DNA of 64,000 nt from Verrucomicrobiota bacterium (GCA_039818205.1 JBCBUK010000005.1:232065-296064); one strand, 5' to 3'. Counted from the stretch's first letter, positions 50,881 through 63,051 are shown. Translations and numbers: made by a program. The notes: generated from the letters alone by a model not told the origin.

Positions 50881-52659
50881 CTAGCTGCCTGCTAGGCTGG
50901 ACATATACCGCCGCCACGACTGTAGATGGGTAATCTCAGTGGAACCTTCCACAGCGCAAGCCTCGGCGATAAAGCCCATGCACTCGACATCGCCCTTAAG
51001 GAAAACACGACCGAGACCGAGCGGAGCGCCGATGCCCTCCAAGAAACTCCCAAGCGTTTCACGCGGCAGCTGCCAAACCTCAACAGCGATGCTACTCCCG
51101 TGCATGGAATCTCTAACCAAAGCGGGCCGTCGGGGCTCGCCTTCGAGGGCAAACAACCGGTACATCGGCAAGGTCTCCGTCTTACGAACAAACCGACCGT
51201 TCCGCTCTAGCAGCTGAAAATTCAGTGGCATATCTTTCATGTGCGCACCACAAACCACGATCGGAACCAGACTATCCAAATTCTTTGATTCAGCAATGAC
51301 TTCCGGTGGGCTTAACTTACTCGTACCCATGGTCAAACCTGTCTTTGCGTGCAGCTCACCCGCAATCTCCAACAGGTCAAGATCCCTACCCGAACCGGCA
51401 AATAGTGTTACACCATGCGGAAGGTTGTCCTTACGAAACGCTACTGGTGTTGCAACTGCAGCAAGGTCAAAAAGGTTCATGAAATTCGTGTAGTAACCCA
51501 ACTCAGAATTCAGCGCGAGAGGCTCGTTGAGAACTTGCTCAGTCGTGTAGACGGTGCCGCATGTCGGAGTCATGATTCCATCAACTTGTTCTAGAACCTC
51601 GTCACCCAATCGCTTCAAGTCTTTTAGTTTATACTCAGCCCGAAAATAGTCGACCGCTGACGCCCGGTTACCCTGCTCAATGATCTGACGAGTGACCGGG
51701 TGGAGAATGTCTGGCCGTTCGGCGAGAATACTTTCTAACACAGAGTAACGTTCAGCCAACCAAGGCCCCTCATACAGCAAGCGAGCGGCATCTTTGAAGG
51801 GCTCAAAGTCAATCTCAACGACGTCATAACCAAGTTCGCGAACTAAATCGATTGCCTTGTCAAAAACGATCTTGGTCTGTTCATCACCGAAAAACTCCAA
51901 CTGCTCCGATTTCGGTATCCCAATTGATTGTCGGCGACTACCAGCCTGCAGCGAAATGCTCACCGCATAAGGATCTTCGGCATCGTAGCTTGCAGCAACT
52001 TCCAAGACCGCTTGAGCATCAGCATTTGAAAGCGCAAATATTGAAACGCAATCCAAACTGCGACAGGCGGGGACTAATCCCGTCGTGCTCAAAAGACCTC
52101 GACTTGGTTTTAGTCCAACAATGTTATTCAAAGAAGCCGGGATTCTTCCCGATCCCGCCGTATCAGTCCCAAGTGCAAACGAAACCAAGCCTTTGGACAC
52201 CGCGACCGCAGAACCAGAACTGGATCCGCCCGGAATGTATCGTGGATCAAACGGATTCGATGGAATGCCGTAGGGAGAGCGAGTTCCCACCAGGCCCGTC
52301 GCGAACTGATCAAGATTCGTTTTACCGATCGGAATCGCTCCGGCATCAATTAGTTGTTGAACAACGTAGGCGGAATTGGTCGGAGTGTATGCATAGTCGG
52401 GACACGCGGCAGTTGTCGGAACGCCTGCCAGATCTAGGTTATCCTTAACTGCAAACGGTATACCATAGAGCGGGTGTGTTTCCGGTGACTTGTCTTTCAG
52501 CTTTTCAACATAGACGGCTATTTCCTCACGTGAGAGGACGTAGATCCAGATCGCGGGATCCTCAACTCGAATGCGGTCCAAGACACAGTCAAGCACCGCT
52601 TGCGGATGGATCTCCCGATTGGCGTATTGCTTAATCAAGTTATCAATTGAAATATTCAT
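50881..52659 (-). CDS. atzF: Allophanate hydrolase
   Basis: LYGIPFAVKDN, GKTNLDQFATGLVGTRSPYG, GGSSSGS, GTDTAGSGR, C-terminal VCGAHM domain; start ATG 52659. Confidence 0.93.
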   Translation of the reverse strand: MNISIDNLIKQYANREIHPQAVLDCVLDRIRVEDPAIWIYVLSREEIAVYVEKLKDKSPETHPLYGIPFAVKDNLDLAGVPTTAACPDYAYTPTNSAYVVQQLIDAGAIPIGKTNLDQFATGLVGTRSPYGIPSNPFDPRYIPGGSSSGSAVAVSKGLVSFALGTDTAGSGRIPASLNNIVGLKPSRGLLSTTGLVPACRSLDCVSIFALSNADAQAVLEVAASYDAEDPYAVSISLQAGSRRQSIGIPKSEQLEFFGDEQTKIVFDKAIDLVRELGYDVVEIDFEPFKDAARLLYEGPWLAERYSVLESILAERPDILHPVTRQIIEQGNRASAVDYFRAEYKLKDLKRLGDEVLEQVDGIMTPTCGTVYTTEQVLNEPLALNSELGYYTNFMNLFDLAAVATPVAFRKDNLPHGVTLFAGSGRDLDLLEIAGELHAKTGLTMGTSKLSPPEVIAESKNLDSLVPIVVCGAHMKDMPLNFQLLERNGRFVRKTETLPMYRLFALEGEPRRPALVRDSMHGSSIAVEVWQLPRETLGSFLEGIGAPLGLGRVFLKGDVECMGFIAEACAVEGSTEITHLQSWRRYMSSLAGS

Positions 52660-52708
52660 TGCTGAAATCGGATTCACAAATACTTGGGAGATCTGGCTGG
52701 GAACGCAA

Positions 52709-55700
52709 TCACTCCGGCTTGATACCAACTAACTGCTGGCCTGTTCGCACCGGCGAACCCTCCTCAGTCAGAATCTGCGCAACTTTACCGCTAACGGTCG
52801 CCTGCACCGAAATCTCCATCTTCATTGCCTCGACAATCAGGATAGTTTGCCCGGCTTCGACAACTTCATCTACGCCCACGACAATCTTCCAAACGTTGCC
52901 ATTGATATGGCTGCAAACTGCTTCTACGCCATCAGGAAGGTCGGCTTCTTCGGGCGGCTCGGGCTCAAATGAGTCTGTCACGGCATTCTGGCCAGCCGCT
53001 TCCCACCGTTCCCGCTCCTCTTCGAATGCTTTCTGTTGTCGCGCCTTAAACGCGGCAATGGACTCAGCGTTTTCATCCAGAAACTCGTTGTACTCCTTCA
53101 GGCTAAAGTCCTGCTCCTCGATTTTAACCTCAAACGTGCCAGCGTGGAAGTCACGTCGCATCTCGACGAGTTCTTCCTCTTCGACCGGATAGTATCGCAC
53201 CTGGTCGAAAAACCTAAGAAGCCAGGGTTTTCCTTCCTCGAAGGGTCCCGTCTTGAGATAGCGATTCCAAATGGGAACTGTTTGACCAACGAGCTGGTAT
53301 CCACCGGGGCTATCCATCCCATAGATGCACATATAGACGCCGCCGATCCCCACCGTACCTTCGGCCGTCCAAGTGCGAGCAGGATTATACTTGGTCGTTA
53401 GCAAACGGTGTCGCGGATCAACCGGCACCGCCGCCGGCGCGCCCAGGTAAACGTCACCAAGCCCCATGACCATGTAGCTCGTACTGAAAACGATATCTTT
53501 CACCTCATCGACTGATTCAAGACCGTTGATGCGACGCATAAATTCGATATTGGACGGGCACCACGGAGCATCCTTACGGACAGATTTCTCATACTTGCGA
53601 ACTGCAGCCTGAGTCATCTCATTGTTCCAGCTCATCGGCAGATGAAGGACACGGGTCTTGATCACCATTTCCTCAATTGGTGGAAGCTCTTTCTCCGCCG
53701 CAACCAGCAGGTCCAGAAGCGCCTGCAGCCGAATCACCCGTGAGTCGTAGTGGAGCTGCAATGACCGAACGCCTGGTGTGATATCGATCAGGCCCGGGAT
53801 CGGATTCTTGTCGATCCAATCCATCAAGGCGTAGATGCGGAAGCGGAAATTCAAGTCGAGAACGATGGGACCGTATTCGATTAGGAGATACTTGTCTCCG
53901 CACGGCCGGTAGTTGACCTCCACTGGCAACTCTCCCTTCGGCAGAGTCACCGCCACGCAGGGCTCACGCTCCAACCCATCAGTCAGCTCATTAACGACCG
54001 CCTGATCGAGTTGTTGAACCCCGGCGTCCTGCAGCTCCTCCAGCGTATTGGCCGCTACCTGGGTGACGCAGGTGAAGCGAATGGAATCACCCGGACGTAA
54101 TTGACCAATCATCCAAAGGTCTGCTTGCACGATCGTTACTGGGCAAACGAACCCACCCAGGCTTGGTCCATCGGGTCCAAGTATAATCGGCATGTCCCCG
54201 GTAAAATTGATCGCGCCAATCGCATAAGGATTGTCGTGAATATTCGACGGGTGGAGACCTGCTTCGCCACCATCTTTACGCGCCCACTGCGGCGTACTTG
54301 GGGCAATCAACCGGATGCCGGTCCGGGCAGAATTATAGTGGACCTCGAACGTTGATGCCAAAAATGTATCGATATCCTCTTCAGTAAAGAAATCGGGCGC
54401 GCCATGGGGACCGTAGGTTACCCGGATCTCCCACTCATGATTATACTGGGGAATGAAGTCCCCCGGCAATTGGCGTGGGACGGTCTCTCCGACCTGATCG
54501 GGTTCCAGGAGGTGCAACACATCCCCTGGCAAGAGAGTCCGTCCACCATGGCCACCAAAGTTACCCATTGAGAAGGTCGCCTGACTGCCGAGATAAAAGG
54601 GAACATCAAAGCCACCGGCAACAGCCAGATAGGCGCGGCAACCCACAGAGGTAATCTTACCGAGCTTTAACACCGAGCCTGCCGAAACTGTCAACGTTCG
54701 CCACATCTGGACGGGCAACCCATCCAAGTCTGCCTCGATCGGAGCACCCGTGATAGCGATGCTCGCGTCTTGGTTGAACTTGAGCGTCGGCCCAATCAAA
54801 GTGATTTCGAGAGCCGCGATTCCTTCCTCATTCTGCACCAGGCGATTGGCCAACCGAAAAGAAAGGTTATCCATTGGCCCCGATGGCGGAACCCCGATAT
54901 CCCAGTACCCGATTCGGCCAGGGTAATCTTGAATGCTCGTTTGCGTTCCCGGGGTAATGACATCGACCCCGGTAGTCGGATACGAGAAGTCTTTAAGAAA
55001 CGCGGTTGTGATCGTGCCTTGTTTGAAATCAGGCGTCGCCACGATTCGACTCAAGTATTCTAGATTCGTTTCGATCCCGTGCAATGCGGTGGCATCCAAC
55101 GCTTCACTCAAAGAGGCGATGGCCGCTTCCCGCGAGTCCGCCTTCACGATGAGCTTAGCGAGGAGTGGATCGTAGTTTGGTGTTACCTCGGTTCCCGTGG
55201 CGATCCAGGTGTCGCAACGCACGCCTTCTGGAAACACAACCTCTGAGAGCACGCCCGAAGACGGCTGGTAGTTCTTACGGGGATCTTCAGCGTAGATCCG
55301 AACTTGAATCGAGTGGCCAGCGGTTGTGACAGAATCAACCCCTGCGGTCGGATCCTCCCCCCCAGCCAAGGTCAACATCCATTCGACGAGATCGACGCCC
55401 GTAACTTCTTCGGTCACCCCATGCTCAACCTGCAAGCGCGTATTCACCTCGAGGAAGTAGAACTCCTCGGTATCCACATTGACCAAAAACTCGACGGTTC
55501 CCGCCGATCGATACGCAATGGATGACGCGAGTCGCTGCGCGGCCTCGGTAAGGCCCGCCCTTAAACTGTCGGAAATGTTCGGTGCAGGTGTTTCTTCAAT
55601 CACCTTCTGGTTTCGGCGCTGTGCTGAACAATCTCGCTCGCCCAACGTAACGACGCCCCCCTGCCCGTTTCCAAAGATCTGAACTTCAATATGGCGAGCC

Positions 55701-56311
55701 CGGCCGACGAACTTCTCCAAGTAAATACCCGCCTGCCCAAAGTTAGTCATGCTTAGGTGCTCCACCTGCTCATAAGCCGCTCGGAGACTGCCGGGCTCCT
55801 CGCAAATGCGCATCCCGATGCCGCCCCCACCAGCGACGCTCTTAAGCATGACCGGATAGCCAATCTCGTCCGCCCGCTCCAAAGCTTGGTCCGCCGACTC
55901 CAGCAAACCCGTTCCAGGCAACATCGGAACATTGGCTTTCGATGCCAGTTCACGGGCCGTGTGTTTTAGGCCGAACTGATCAATTTGAGAAGGTGTCGGC
56001 CCGATAAAGCGAATCCCTCGATCTTCACAAGCCTGAGCGAAGTGTAGGTTCTCACTCAACAAGCCATACCCCGGATGGATTCCATCAACCCCGGCGTCCT
56101 CTGCAATCTGCAGGATCTTCTCGATATTTAGATAGCTCTCAGCGACGGATGCCGGGCCCACTTCATACGACTCGTCGGCCATATGAACATGTGGCGTATG
56201 CCGGTCGGGCTCGGAAAAAATAGCAACTGTCGGTATCTCAAGCTTCCGACAGGAGCGCATGATGCGGCAGGCAATCTCACCACGATTTGCGATCAAAACT
56301 TTCTTCAACAT
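52709..56311 (-). CDS. uca: Biotin-dependent urea carboxylase (Asn type)
   Basis: [51 protein letters not shown]; between urtE and atzF. Confidence 0.9.
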   Translation of the reverse strand: MLKKVLIANRGEIACRIMRSCRKLEIPTVAIFSEPDRHTPHVHMADESYEVGPASVAESYLNIEKILQIAEDAGVDGIHPGYGLLSENLHFAQACEDRGIRFIGPTPSQIDQFGLKHTARELASKANVPMLPGTGLLESADQALERADEIGYPVMLKSVAGGGGIGMRICEEPGSLRAAYEQVEHLSMTNFGQAGIYLEKFVGRARHIEVQIFGNGQGGVVTLGERDCSAQRRNQKVIEETPAPNISDSLRAGLTEAAQRLASSIAYRSAGTVEFLVNVDTEEFYFLEVNTRLQVEHGVTEEVTGVDLVEWMLTLAGGEDPTAGVDSVTTAGHSIQVRIYAEDPRKNYQPSSGVLSEVVFPEGVRCDTWIATGTEVTPNYDPLLAKLIVKADSREAAIASLSEALDATALHGIETNLEYLSRIVATPDFKQGTITTAFLKDFSYPTTGVDVITPGTQTSIQDYPGRIGYWDIGVPPSGPMDNLSFRLANRLVQNEEGIAALEITLIGPTLKFNQDASIAITGAPIEADLDGLPVQMWRTLTVSAGSVLKLGKITSVGCRAYLAVAGGFDVPFYLGSQATFSMGNFGGHGGRTLLPGDVLHLLEPDQVGETVPRQLPGDFIPQYNHEWEIRVTYGPHGAPDFFTEEDIDTFLASTFEVHYNSARTGIRLIAPSTPQWARKDGGEAGLHPSNIHDNPYAIGAINFTGDMPIILGPDGPSLGGFVCPVTIVQADLWMIGQLRPGDSIRFTCVTQVAANTLEELQDAGVQQLDQAVVNELTDGLEREPCVAVTLPKGELPVEVNYRPCGDKYLLIEYGPIVLDLNFRFRIYALMDWIDKNPIPGLIDITPGVRSLQLHYDSRVIRLQALLDLLVAAEKELPPIEEMVIKTRVLHLPMSWNNEMTQAAVRKYEKSVRKDAPWCPSNIEFMRRINGLESVDEVKDIVFSTSYMVMGLGDVYLGAPAAVPVDPRHRLLTTKYNPARTWTAEGTVGIGGVYMCIYGMDSPGGYQLVGQTVPIWNRYLKTGPFEEGKPWLLRFFDQVRYYPVEEEELVEMRRDFHAGTFEVKIEEQDFSLKEYNEFLDENAESIAAFKARQQKAFEEERERWEAAGQNAVTDSFEPEPPEEADLPDGVEAVCSHINGNVWKIVVGVDEVVEAGQTILIVEAMKMEISVQATVSGKVAQILTEEGSPVRTGQQLVGIKPE

Positions 56312-56316
56312 TTCAC

Positions 56317-57048
56317 TTAAACAGTAAGGTATTGGCCGACGATCTCATCAGACAGGTCGGCAATCTCTCCATCGGAAACAATCATGCCCCGATCCATTAT
56401 ATAAAAGCGGTCGCTCACCGCCTTGGCAAAATCCAGATATTGTTCGACCAGCAGGATACTCATTTCGCCCGACTCTTTCAGGAGTCGAATCGTATCCTCA
56501 ATCTGGTCAATAATCGACGGCTGAATCCCCTCGGTGGGCTCATCGAGGATCAGCAACTTGGGACAGGTAAGCAACGCACGAGCGATAGCCAACTGCTGCT
56601 GTTGACCACCACTTAGAACGCCGCCCTTGCGGGCACTCATTTCCTTGATGACCGGAAACAATTCGTAGACGAAATCGAGCTTCTCTCGAGCCTTATCGCC
56701 ATGAACAATGATCGCGGTTTGCAAATTCTCCCGGACCGTTAAGGTCGGGAAAATATGGCGCCCTTGAGGCACGTAGGCGATTCCCTTACGCGCCCGCGTT
56801 TCGGTAACATCTTTCTCAATCCGATCGTCGAACAGTTTTATCTCACCCTGGGTTGAATCAATAATGCCCAAGATGGATTTCAAGGTCGTCGTCTTGCCGA
56901 CACCATTACGTCCCATCAAGGCAACGACGCTACCGGGTGGAATATCGAGATCGATCCCACGAAGGATGATCGACTGATCGTAATAGGCCTTCAGACCACG
57001 AACCGAGAGGACCATGTCGGTTGCAGGGGCTGTCTCTGAGGCTGTCAT
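56317..57048 (-). CDS. urtE: Urea ABC transporter ATP-binding subunit
   Basis: MGRNGVGKTT, YVPQGR, LSGGQQQQLAIAR, LDEPTEGIQPS. Confidence 0.92.
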   Translation of the reverse strand: MTASETAPATDMVLSVRGLKAYYDQSIILRGIDLDIPPGSVVALMGRNGVGKTTTLKSILGIIDSTQGEIKLFDDRIEKDVTETRARKGIAYVPQGRHIFPTLTVRENLQTAIIVHGDKAREKLDFVYELFPVIKEMSARKGGVLSGGQQQQLAIARALLTCPKLLILDEPTEGIQPSIIDQIEDTIRLLKESGEMSILLVEQYLDFAKAVSDRFYIMDRGMIVSDGEIADLSDEIVGQYLTV

Positions 57049-57872
57049 GATGCATCCTCCTCATCGCGGCTGTGTTGGCGCCCAAGGTAAACCTCAACGA
57101 CTTTCTGATCAGCTTGAATCTGATCAATCGTCCCTTCTCTCAAAATTGAACCTTGGTGGAGGACGGTTACTGTGGTCGCAATCTGCCTTACAAAGTCCAT
57201 GTCGTGTTCAATAACAATCAAACTGTGGTCACCCGCTAGGCTAAGCAGGAGTTCGCCCGTTCGTTCCGTTTCCTCGTCCGTCATTCCGGCAGCCGGTTCG
57301 TCCACCAACAGCAGTTTCGGATCTTGAGCAAGGAGCATTCCAATCTCTAGCCATTGCTTTTGCCCGTGAGAAAGCGAGCCGGCAACCCGATCACCTTGAT
57401 CGACCATCCGAATGGTCTCCAGTATCTCATGGATGCGTGCTTTATCTGCAGCTGATTCCCGGTAGAACAAAGTCGCAAATACGCCCCGATCCCGATTGAG
57501 CGACATCATCAAGTTTTCGTAGACGCTATGGTGCGAGTAGACGCTTGGGGTTTGGAATTTTCTACTGATGCCCAGCCGATTGATTTCGTACTCGCGCATA
57601 TGGTCGAGCTTGATGCTGTGATCGGGCCCAAACTCGATGGTTCCCGAATCTGGCCGAGTCCGGCCCGTAATGAGATCGAGAAAGGTACTTTTGCCAGCGC
57701 CATTTGGACCAATGATTGTGCGAAGCTCGCCGCGGTCGATGTAGAGGTTGAGATCGTTGATGACTTTGAATCCATCAAAGCTCTTATTAAGCCCCTCAAC
57801 CGTAAGAATGAACTCCCGCTTATCATGGGCTTCCTCGGCGCCGTCATTTTCGTTGATAACAACTTCAGTCAT
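57045..57872 (-). CDS. urtD: Urea ABC transporter ATP-binding subunit
   Basis: IGPNGAGKST, RKFQTPSV, LSHGQKQWLEIGMLL, VYLGR. Confidence 0.92.
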   Translation of the reverse strand: MTEVVINENDGAEEAHDKREFILTVEGLNKSFDGFKVINDLNLYIDRGELRTIIGPNGAGKSTFLDLITGRTRPDSGTIEFGPDHSIKLDHMREYEINRLGISRKFQTPSVYSHHSVYENLMMSLNRDRGVFATLFYRESAADKARIHEILETIRMVDQGDRVAGSLSHGQKQWLEIGMLLAQDPKLLLVDEPAAGMTDEETERTGELLLSLAGDHSLIVIEHDMDFVRQIATTVTVLHQGSILREGTIDQIQADQKVVEVYLGRQHSRDEEDAS

Positions 57873-57877
57873 GTCAT

Positions 57878-59005
57878 CTAGGCAGAAGCGGGTTCATCTT
57901 TTGGCATCGATTTAAAGCGATGCTGGTTCTTCTTCCACAACTCGCGGAGCTGCGCGGGCAGACCAACAATTCCGTTGGGCATAAAGAGCACCACGAAGAC
58001 GAATAATGCGCCCAGGATGATCAACCAGTAATCCGGATAATGGTAGGTGGTATAACTTTTTAACCAATTGACGAAAACCGCACCGATGACCGGCCCGACG
58101 ATCGTCGCCCGCCCACCTACTGCAACCCAAACGACAATCTCAAGTGACTTGCTGGGACGCATCTCCTCCGGGTTAATGATCCCTACTTGGGGTATGTATA
58201 GCGCACCGACAATTCCAGCCATAATACCCGATACCACAAAGATAAAAAGCTTGTAGCTGGTCGTCGAATAACCCGAAAAGCGAACCCGATTCTCACTATC
58301 CCGAATCGCCTGCTGGATGCGGCCAAACTTCGTTCTTAGCAGCCACCAATTGAACAGCATGCACGAGGTGACGTACATGGCGGTTAACAAATAGAGGCCC
58401 CGCTGAGTACCAGGATCGAAGACATCATGGCCCAGGACTGTTTTGAAATCAGTAAAGCCGTTATTGCCACCGAAGGTAAACTCATTGCGGAAGAACAGCA
58501 GGCAGGCAGCATAGGTCAACGCTTGCGTAATAATCGCGAAATAGACGCCCTTGATCCGCGCGCGGAATGCCAGGAAACCGAAGACCAACGCCAAGATTCC
58601 GGGCACCAAGATAACAGCGGCGACCGCAACCCAGATACTGTAGAATGGAACCCAATGCGAAGGGAGCTCCGTATAGCCCATGAAGACCATAAAATCGGGA
58701 AGCTCACTTTTGTAGGCACCTTCTTCGCCAATCATTAACATGAGGTGCATTCCCAGTGCATAGCCGCCAAGCGCAAAGAACAGACTTTGCCCGAGGCACA
58801 AAAGCCCCGTATACCCCCAAAGCATATTGAGAGAGATTGCCAGCGCGGCATAACACAAATACTTGCCCCACAGATTTAGCTGAAAATCGCTAACGTGAAG
58901 AAACGACTCGGGAGTCATGGTCACGTTGAGAGCTGGCAGCAAGAACATCACTCCTGCCGTGAGAGCAATCCCAATCAAACGTCGCTGATCTTCGCTAAAC
59001 TTCAT
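57878..59005 (-). CDS. urtC: Urea ABC transporter permease
   Basis: [42 protein letters not shown]. Confidence 0.92.
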   Translation of the reverse strand: MKFSEDQRRLIGIALTAGVMFLLPALNVTMTPESFLHVSDFQLNLWGKYLCYAALAISLNMLWGYTGLLCLGQSLFFALGGYALGMHLMLMIGEEGAYKSELPDFMVFMGYTELPSHWVPFYSIWVAVAAVILVPGILALVFGFLAFRARIKGVYFAIITQALTYAACLLFFRNEFTFGGNNGFTDFKTVLGHDVFDPGTQRGLYLLTAMYVTSCMLFNWWLLRTKFGRIQQAIRDSENRVRFSGYSTTSYKLFIFVVSGIMAGIVGALYIPQVGIINPEEMRPSKSLEIVVWVAVGGRATIVGPVIGAVFVNWLKSYTTYHYPDYWLIILGALFVFVVLFMPNGIVGLPAQLRELWKKNQHRFKSMPKDEPASA

Positions 59006-59022
59006 CGCAAATTATCCATGGA

Positions 59023-60711
59023 TTAGTCGAGACTCCTGCTTCGACTGGGAAAGAGCCCGCCGGGCTTCCACTGCAAGAAAATGATTATAATAACCAAGAC
59101 CGTAATCCGCCCCATCACTGGTCCCAATGCTGGTTGAAGCGCTTGATCCGTCACCCCGATACCCAGCGCAGACAACACGGTCCCAAGAATATTTCCGACT
59201 CCTCCGACCACCACGACCATGAAACTGTCGACAATATAGCTCTGGCCAAGATTGGAACCGACGCTGCCGATCTGTGAAAGAAACACGCCCGCCAAACCGG
59301 CAAGCCCGGAGCCAAACGCGAAGGTGATCATCCGGGTTCGGTCGATACGAATTCCCATCGCAGAAGCCATCTCCGGATCTTGCATCACAGCGCGAATGGA
59401 AAGCCCCAAAGGCGTCCTGGTCATCAAGAGCCAGGTGCCCACCACAATGATCACCGCGAAGAAAATGACGAAGATCCGGTTATACCCAAAGGTGATGTCC
59501 AAGATTTCGATATTGCCCAATAGCCATGAGGGCGAGTTTACCTGACGATTCGCAGCCCCAAAAACCAGACGAAAGCCTTGCTGCAGAATCAAAGAGATAC
59601 CCCAGGTTGCAAGAAGTGATTCCAGAGGACGCTTGTATAAAAATTGAATAACGCTTCGTTCCAGAATCAATCCAGCCAGTGCTGCAGTAACGAAGGAAAA
59701 CGGTATCGCGAAAAGAAAATAGGTTTCTAACGCCAGCTTAGAGCTATCGATGATCGATGCGAAAAATTGTTGGCTCAAGAAAGCGCTGTAGGCTCCTACC
59801 GCAATCATCTCACCATGCGCCATATTGATGACGCCCATCAGACCAAAGGTAATGGCTAGACCAAGCGCCACGATGACAAGGACTGCACCCAGGCTTAATC
59901 CGCGAAAGCAAGTACCGATAAAGTCGATCTTAGCCAAATAGCTATTGATCGATTCAATTGTTTTGTCCAAGGCTGCGCGCTCGTCAGCATTGAACTCGAG
60001 CTCGGTCTGCCCTTCGTCCAACTCTGCCTTTAGGTTTCCCAGCGCACTCAAACCGGCAAGAGAATTCATTTTCTCAAGAGTCGCAATCGCGGCCATCAAT
60101 TCCTCCCGAGACCCATGTGCCAAGTGGCTGACGGCAATGCCCTCTTCCAGTGCCTCGAGGACAGCGGGATCTTTCTCAGTCTCCTTGAGCGCTAACAAGT
60201 CCCTCAGATAGTCTTGATTCTGTTTCAACCCCAGCTTAAGCGCGGATTCAGCGCGGACATCGGGGTTCGCGGAGTTGAGGCCGACAAGATCAGTTAAGCG
60301 GGAAAAAAGTTTTCGGGCTTTTCGAGCTGGACGGGCCTGGTCCAGGTTCTCGGGATCAACCGTGACTGGTTCACCTAGTTCGTTAACCAGGACTTCACCA
60401 GTCTCAACAACTATAGCTGATCGAAGCGCCGGAGCGTCCTCATCCTCGGGGACGTAGATCGGAATGCGTTTTGATTCCGGGTCAAAAATGTAGATATCGC
60501 CTCGTTTCCAAGCTTCGAGATAGTTAGTAACAATCTCTGTTTCACCCGTTGCGGCTAGTTCCTCGACCAAAGCGACTTGATCGTTACTGCTGGCGAGTAT
60601 TGCTTCCGTTAAGATGGCTCTAGCGGCATCTTCGTCGGCTTGCGCGGCGTATGGCGCAATGCCCAGCAACACCAATAGCACCCAACATATTGTCTTTCGG
60701 AGTGGCATCAA
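59023..60711 (-). CDS. urtB: Urea ABC transporter permease with N-terminal helical extension
   Basis: GLAITFGLMGVINMAHGE, LYKRPLESLLATWG, YIVDSFMVVVVGGVG. Confidence 0.92.
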   Translation of the reverse strand: MMPLRKTICWVLLVLLGIAPYAAQADEDAARAILTEAILASSNDQVALVEELAATGETEIVTNYLEAWKRGDIYIFDPESKRIPIYVPEDEDAPALRSAIVVETGEVLVNELGEPVTVDPENLDQARPARKARKLFSRLTDLVGLNSANPDVRAESALKLGLKQNQDYLRDLLALKETEKDPAVLEALEEGIAVSHLAHGSREELMAAIATLEKMNSLAGLSALGNLKAELDEGQTELEFNADERAALDKTIESINSYLAKIDFIGTCFRGLSLGAVLVIVALGLAITFGLMGVINMAHGEMIAVGAYSAFLSQQFFASIIDSSKLALETYFLFAIPFSFVTAALAGLILERSVIQFLYKRPLESLLATWGISLILQQGFRLVFGAANRQVNSPSWLLGNIEILDITFGYNRIFVIFFAVIIVVGTWLLMTRTPLGLSIRAVMQDPEMASAMGIRIDRTRMITFAFGSGLAGLAGVFLSQIGSVGSNLGQSYIVDSFMVVVVGGVGNILGTVLSALGIGVTDQALQPALGPVMGRITVLVIIIIFLQWKPGGLFPSRSRSLD

Positions 60712-60748
60712 GTTTCAGGTGGGGTGATCGAAATGTGGGATGAGCTTG

Positions 60749-60785
60749 GGCTCTCGGTAGAAATAACCGGTTTCCACCGAGAGCC
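60749..60785 (-). other. Intercistronic hairpin between urtA and urtB
   Basis: GGCTCTCGGTAGAAA-taaccgg-TTTCCACCGAGAGCC; 15-bp stem with one G-U pair in the minus-strand RNA. Confidence 0.7.
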
Positions 60786-60814
60786 TTCGCTTCAATATAT
60801 CCCAATGCAGACCA

Positions 60815-62089
<1,275 letters not shown>

Positions 62090-62122
62090 GATGGTTTAGG
62101 ATTTAGATAATTAGTGAGTTGA

Positions 62123-62974
62123 CTAAAAATCGACTCCGACCCCGATGTTTCCTGTTACGAAGGAATTCTTGGGGTTAGGAACAGTATCGTTGTTGGTGTA
62201 GTAGTAGGTAAGGCCGCCATGGATATTCCAAGCGCCGTACTCCTCGCCAATAAATGGCAACGGAACGCTGGCTTGAGGGCCAACTGCCAAGTAGGTGAAG
62301 CCACCTTCAAGGCCATAGTAGTTGTCCGTATTGAATGCCACGTCAGCACCCAGCGATACGTCGACACCATAGAGGTCCCAGCCTTCGGAGATGCCGAGAA
62401 CAAAGACCGCTCCGCGGCGTTGCGCACCGTTCACGTCAACACGATTGTGAACGATGAGAGTTGGATTCAGGAGGACGTCATAGCTGACCATGAAGTCCAA
62501 GATGCGCTCAACATCGCCCGCATAGATCCACTCCTGGTAGGTCACCTCAAAGGTCCAACCACTGATCGAGTAGCCCAAACCAGCCCACACATCAACTTCT
62601 TGGATGTCATCGCCGATACCCGACGTAGCGATACCGTTGATATCAAACCAGATTCCGCCAAAGGCATACAGACCATTGTCGAAATCAAATGTTACCGAAG
62701 CGGATGGATTAAAGATAAGGTTGTCCCAGCTCTGACCCTCAGCCCAGACATCAAAGCCATAGGAGATAAAGTGAGAGTTGAAGTCGAAGCTGATCGAGCC
62801 GCTAACAGCAGACCCAGCGTCTACTTCTTCGACGGGAGCCGAACTGGCCATCGCAGGATCACCGGTCAATGGCTCAGCAATCTGGGCTGATGCAGCCCCC
62901 ATGCTCGAAAGCAAGGCAATGGAAGAGCAGAAAATCCACTTAGTAGATTTATGTTTGTAGCATTCAATATTCAT
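62123..62974 (-). CDS. Putative outer-membrane beta-barrel/porin heading the urt operon
   Basis: Signal peptide, alternating aromatic/amphipathic strands (EVDVWAGLGYS, FEVTYQEWIY), terminal GNIGVGVDF; loosely resembles the TorF/Gcw_chp family. Confidence 0.6.
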   Translation of the reverse strand: MNIECYKHKSTKWIFCSSIALLSSMGAASAQIAEPLTGDPAMASSAPVEEVDAGSAVSGSISFDFNSHFISYGFDVWAEGQSWDNLIFNPSASVTFDFDNGLYAFGGIWFDINGIATSGIGDDIQEVDVWAGLGYSISGWTFEVTYQEWIYAGDVERILDFMVSYDVLLNPTLIVHNRVDVNGAQRRGAVFVLGISEGWDLYGVDVSLGADVAFNTDNYYGLEGGFTYLAVGPQASVPLPFIGEEYGAWNIHGGLTYYYTNNDTVPNPKNSFVTGNIGVGVDF

Positions 62975-63014
62975 TAGTCGTTAGGCGTTTAGTTGGATGT
63001 TTTCTTGTATAGCT

Positions 63015-63028
63015 GATTGTATACAATC
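63015..63028. promoter_or_regulatory. Perfect 14-bp palindrome GATTGTATACAATC, candidate GntR operator
   Basis: TTGTATACAA core typical of FadR-subfamily sites; flanked by CTTGTATA half-sites at about 63004 and 63028. Confidence 0.72.
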
Positions 63029-63035
63029 TTGTATA

Positions 63036-63051
63036 AGCAATCCACATGCCA
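63036..63051 (-). promoter_or_regulatory. Sigma-54 (-24/-12) promoter of the porin-urt-uca-atzF operon
   Basis: Minus strand TGGCATGTGGATTGCT, close to the consensus TGGCAC-N5-TTGCW. Confidence 0.8.
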
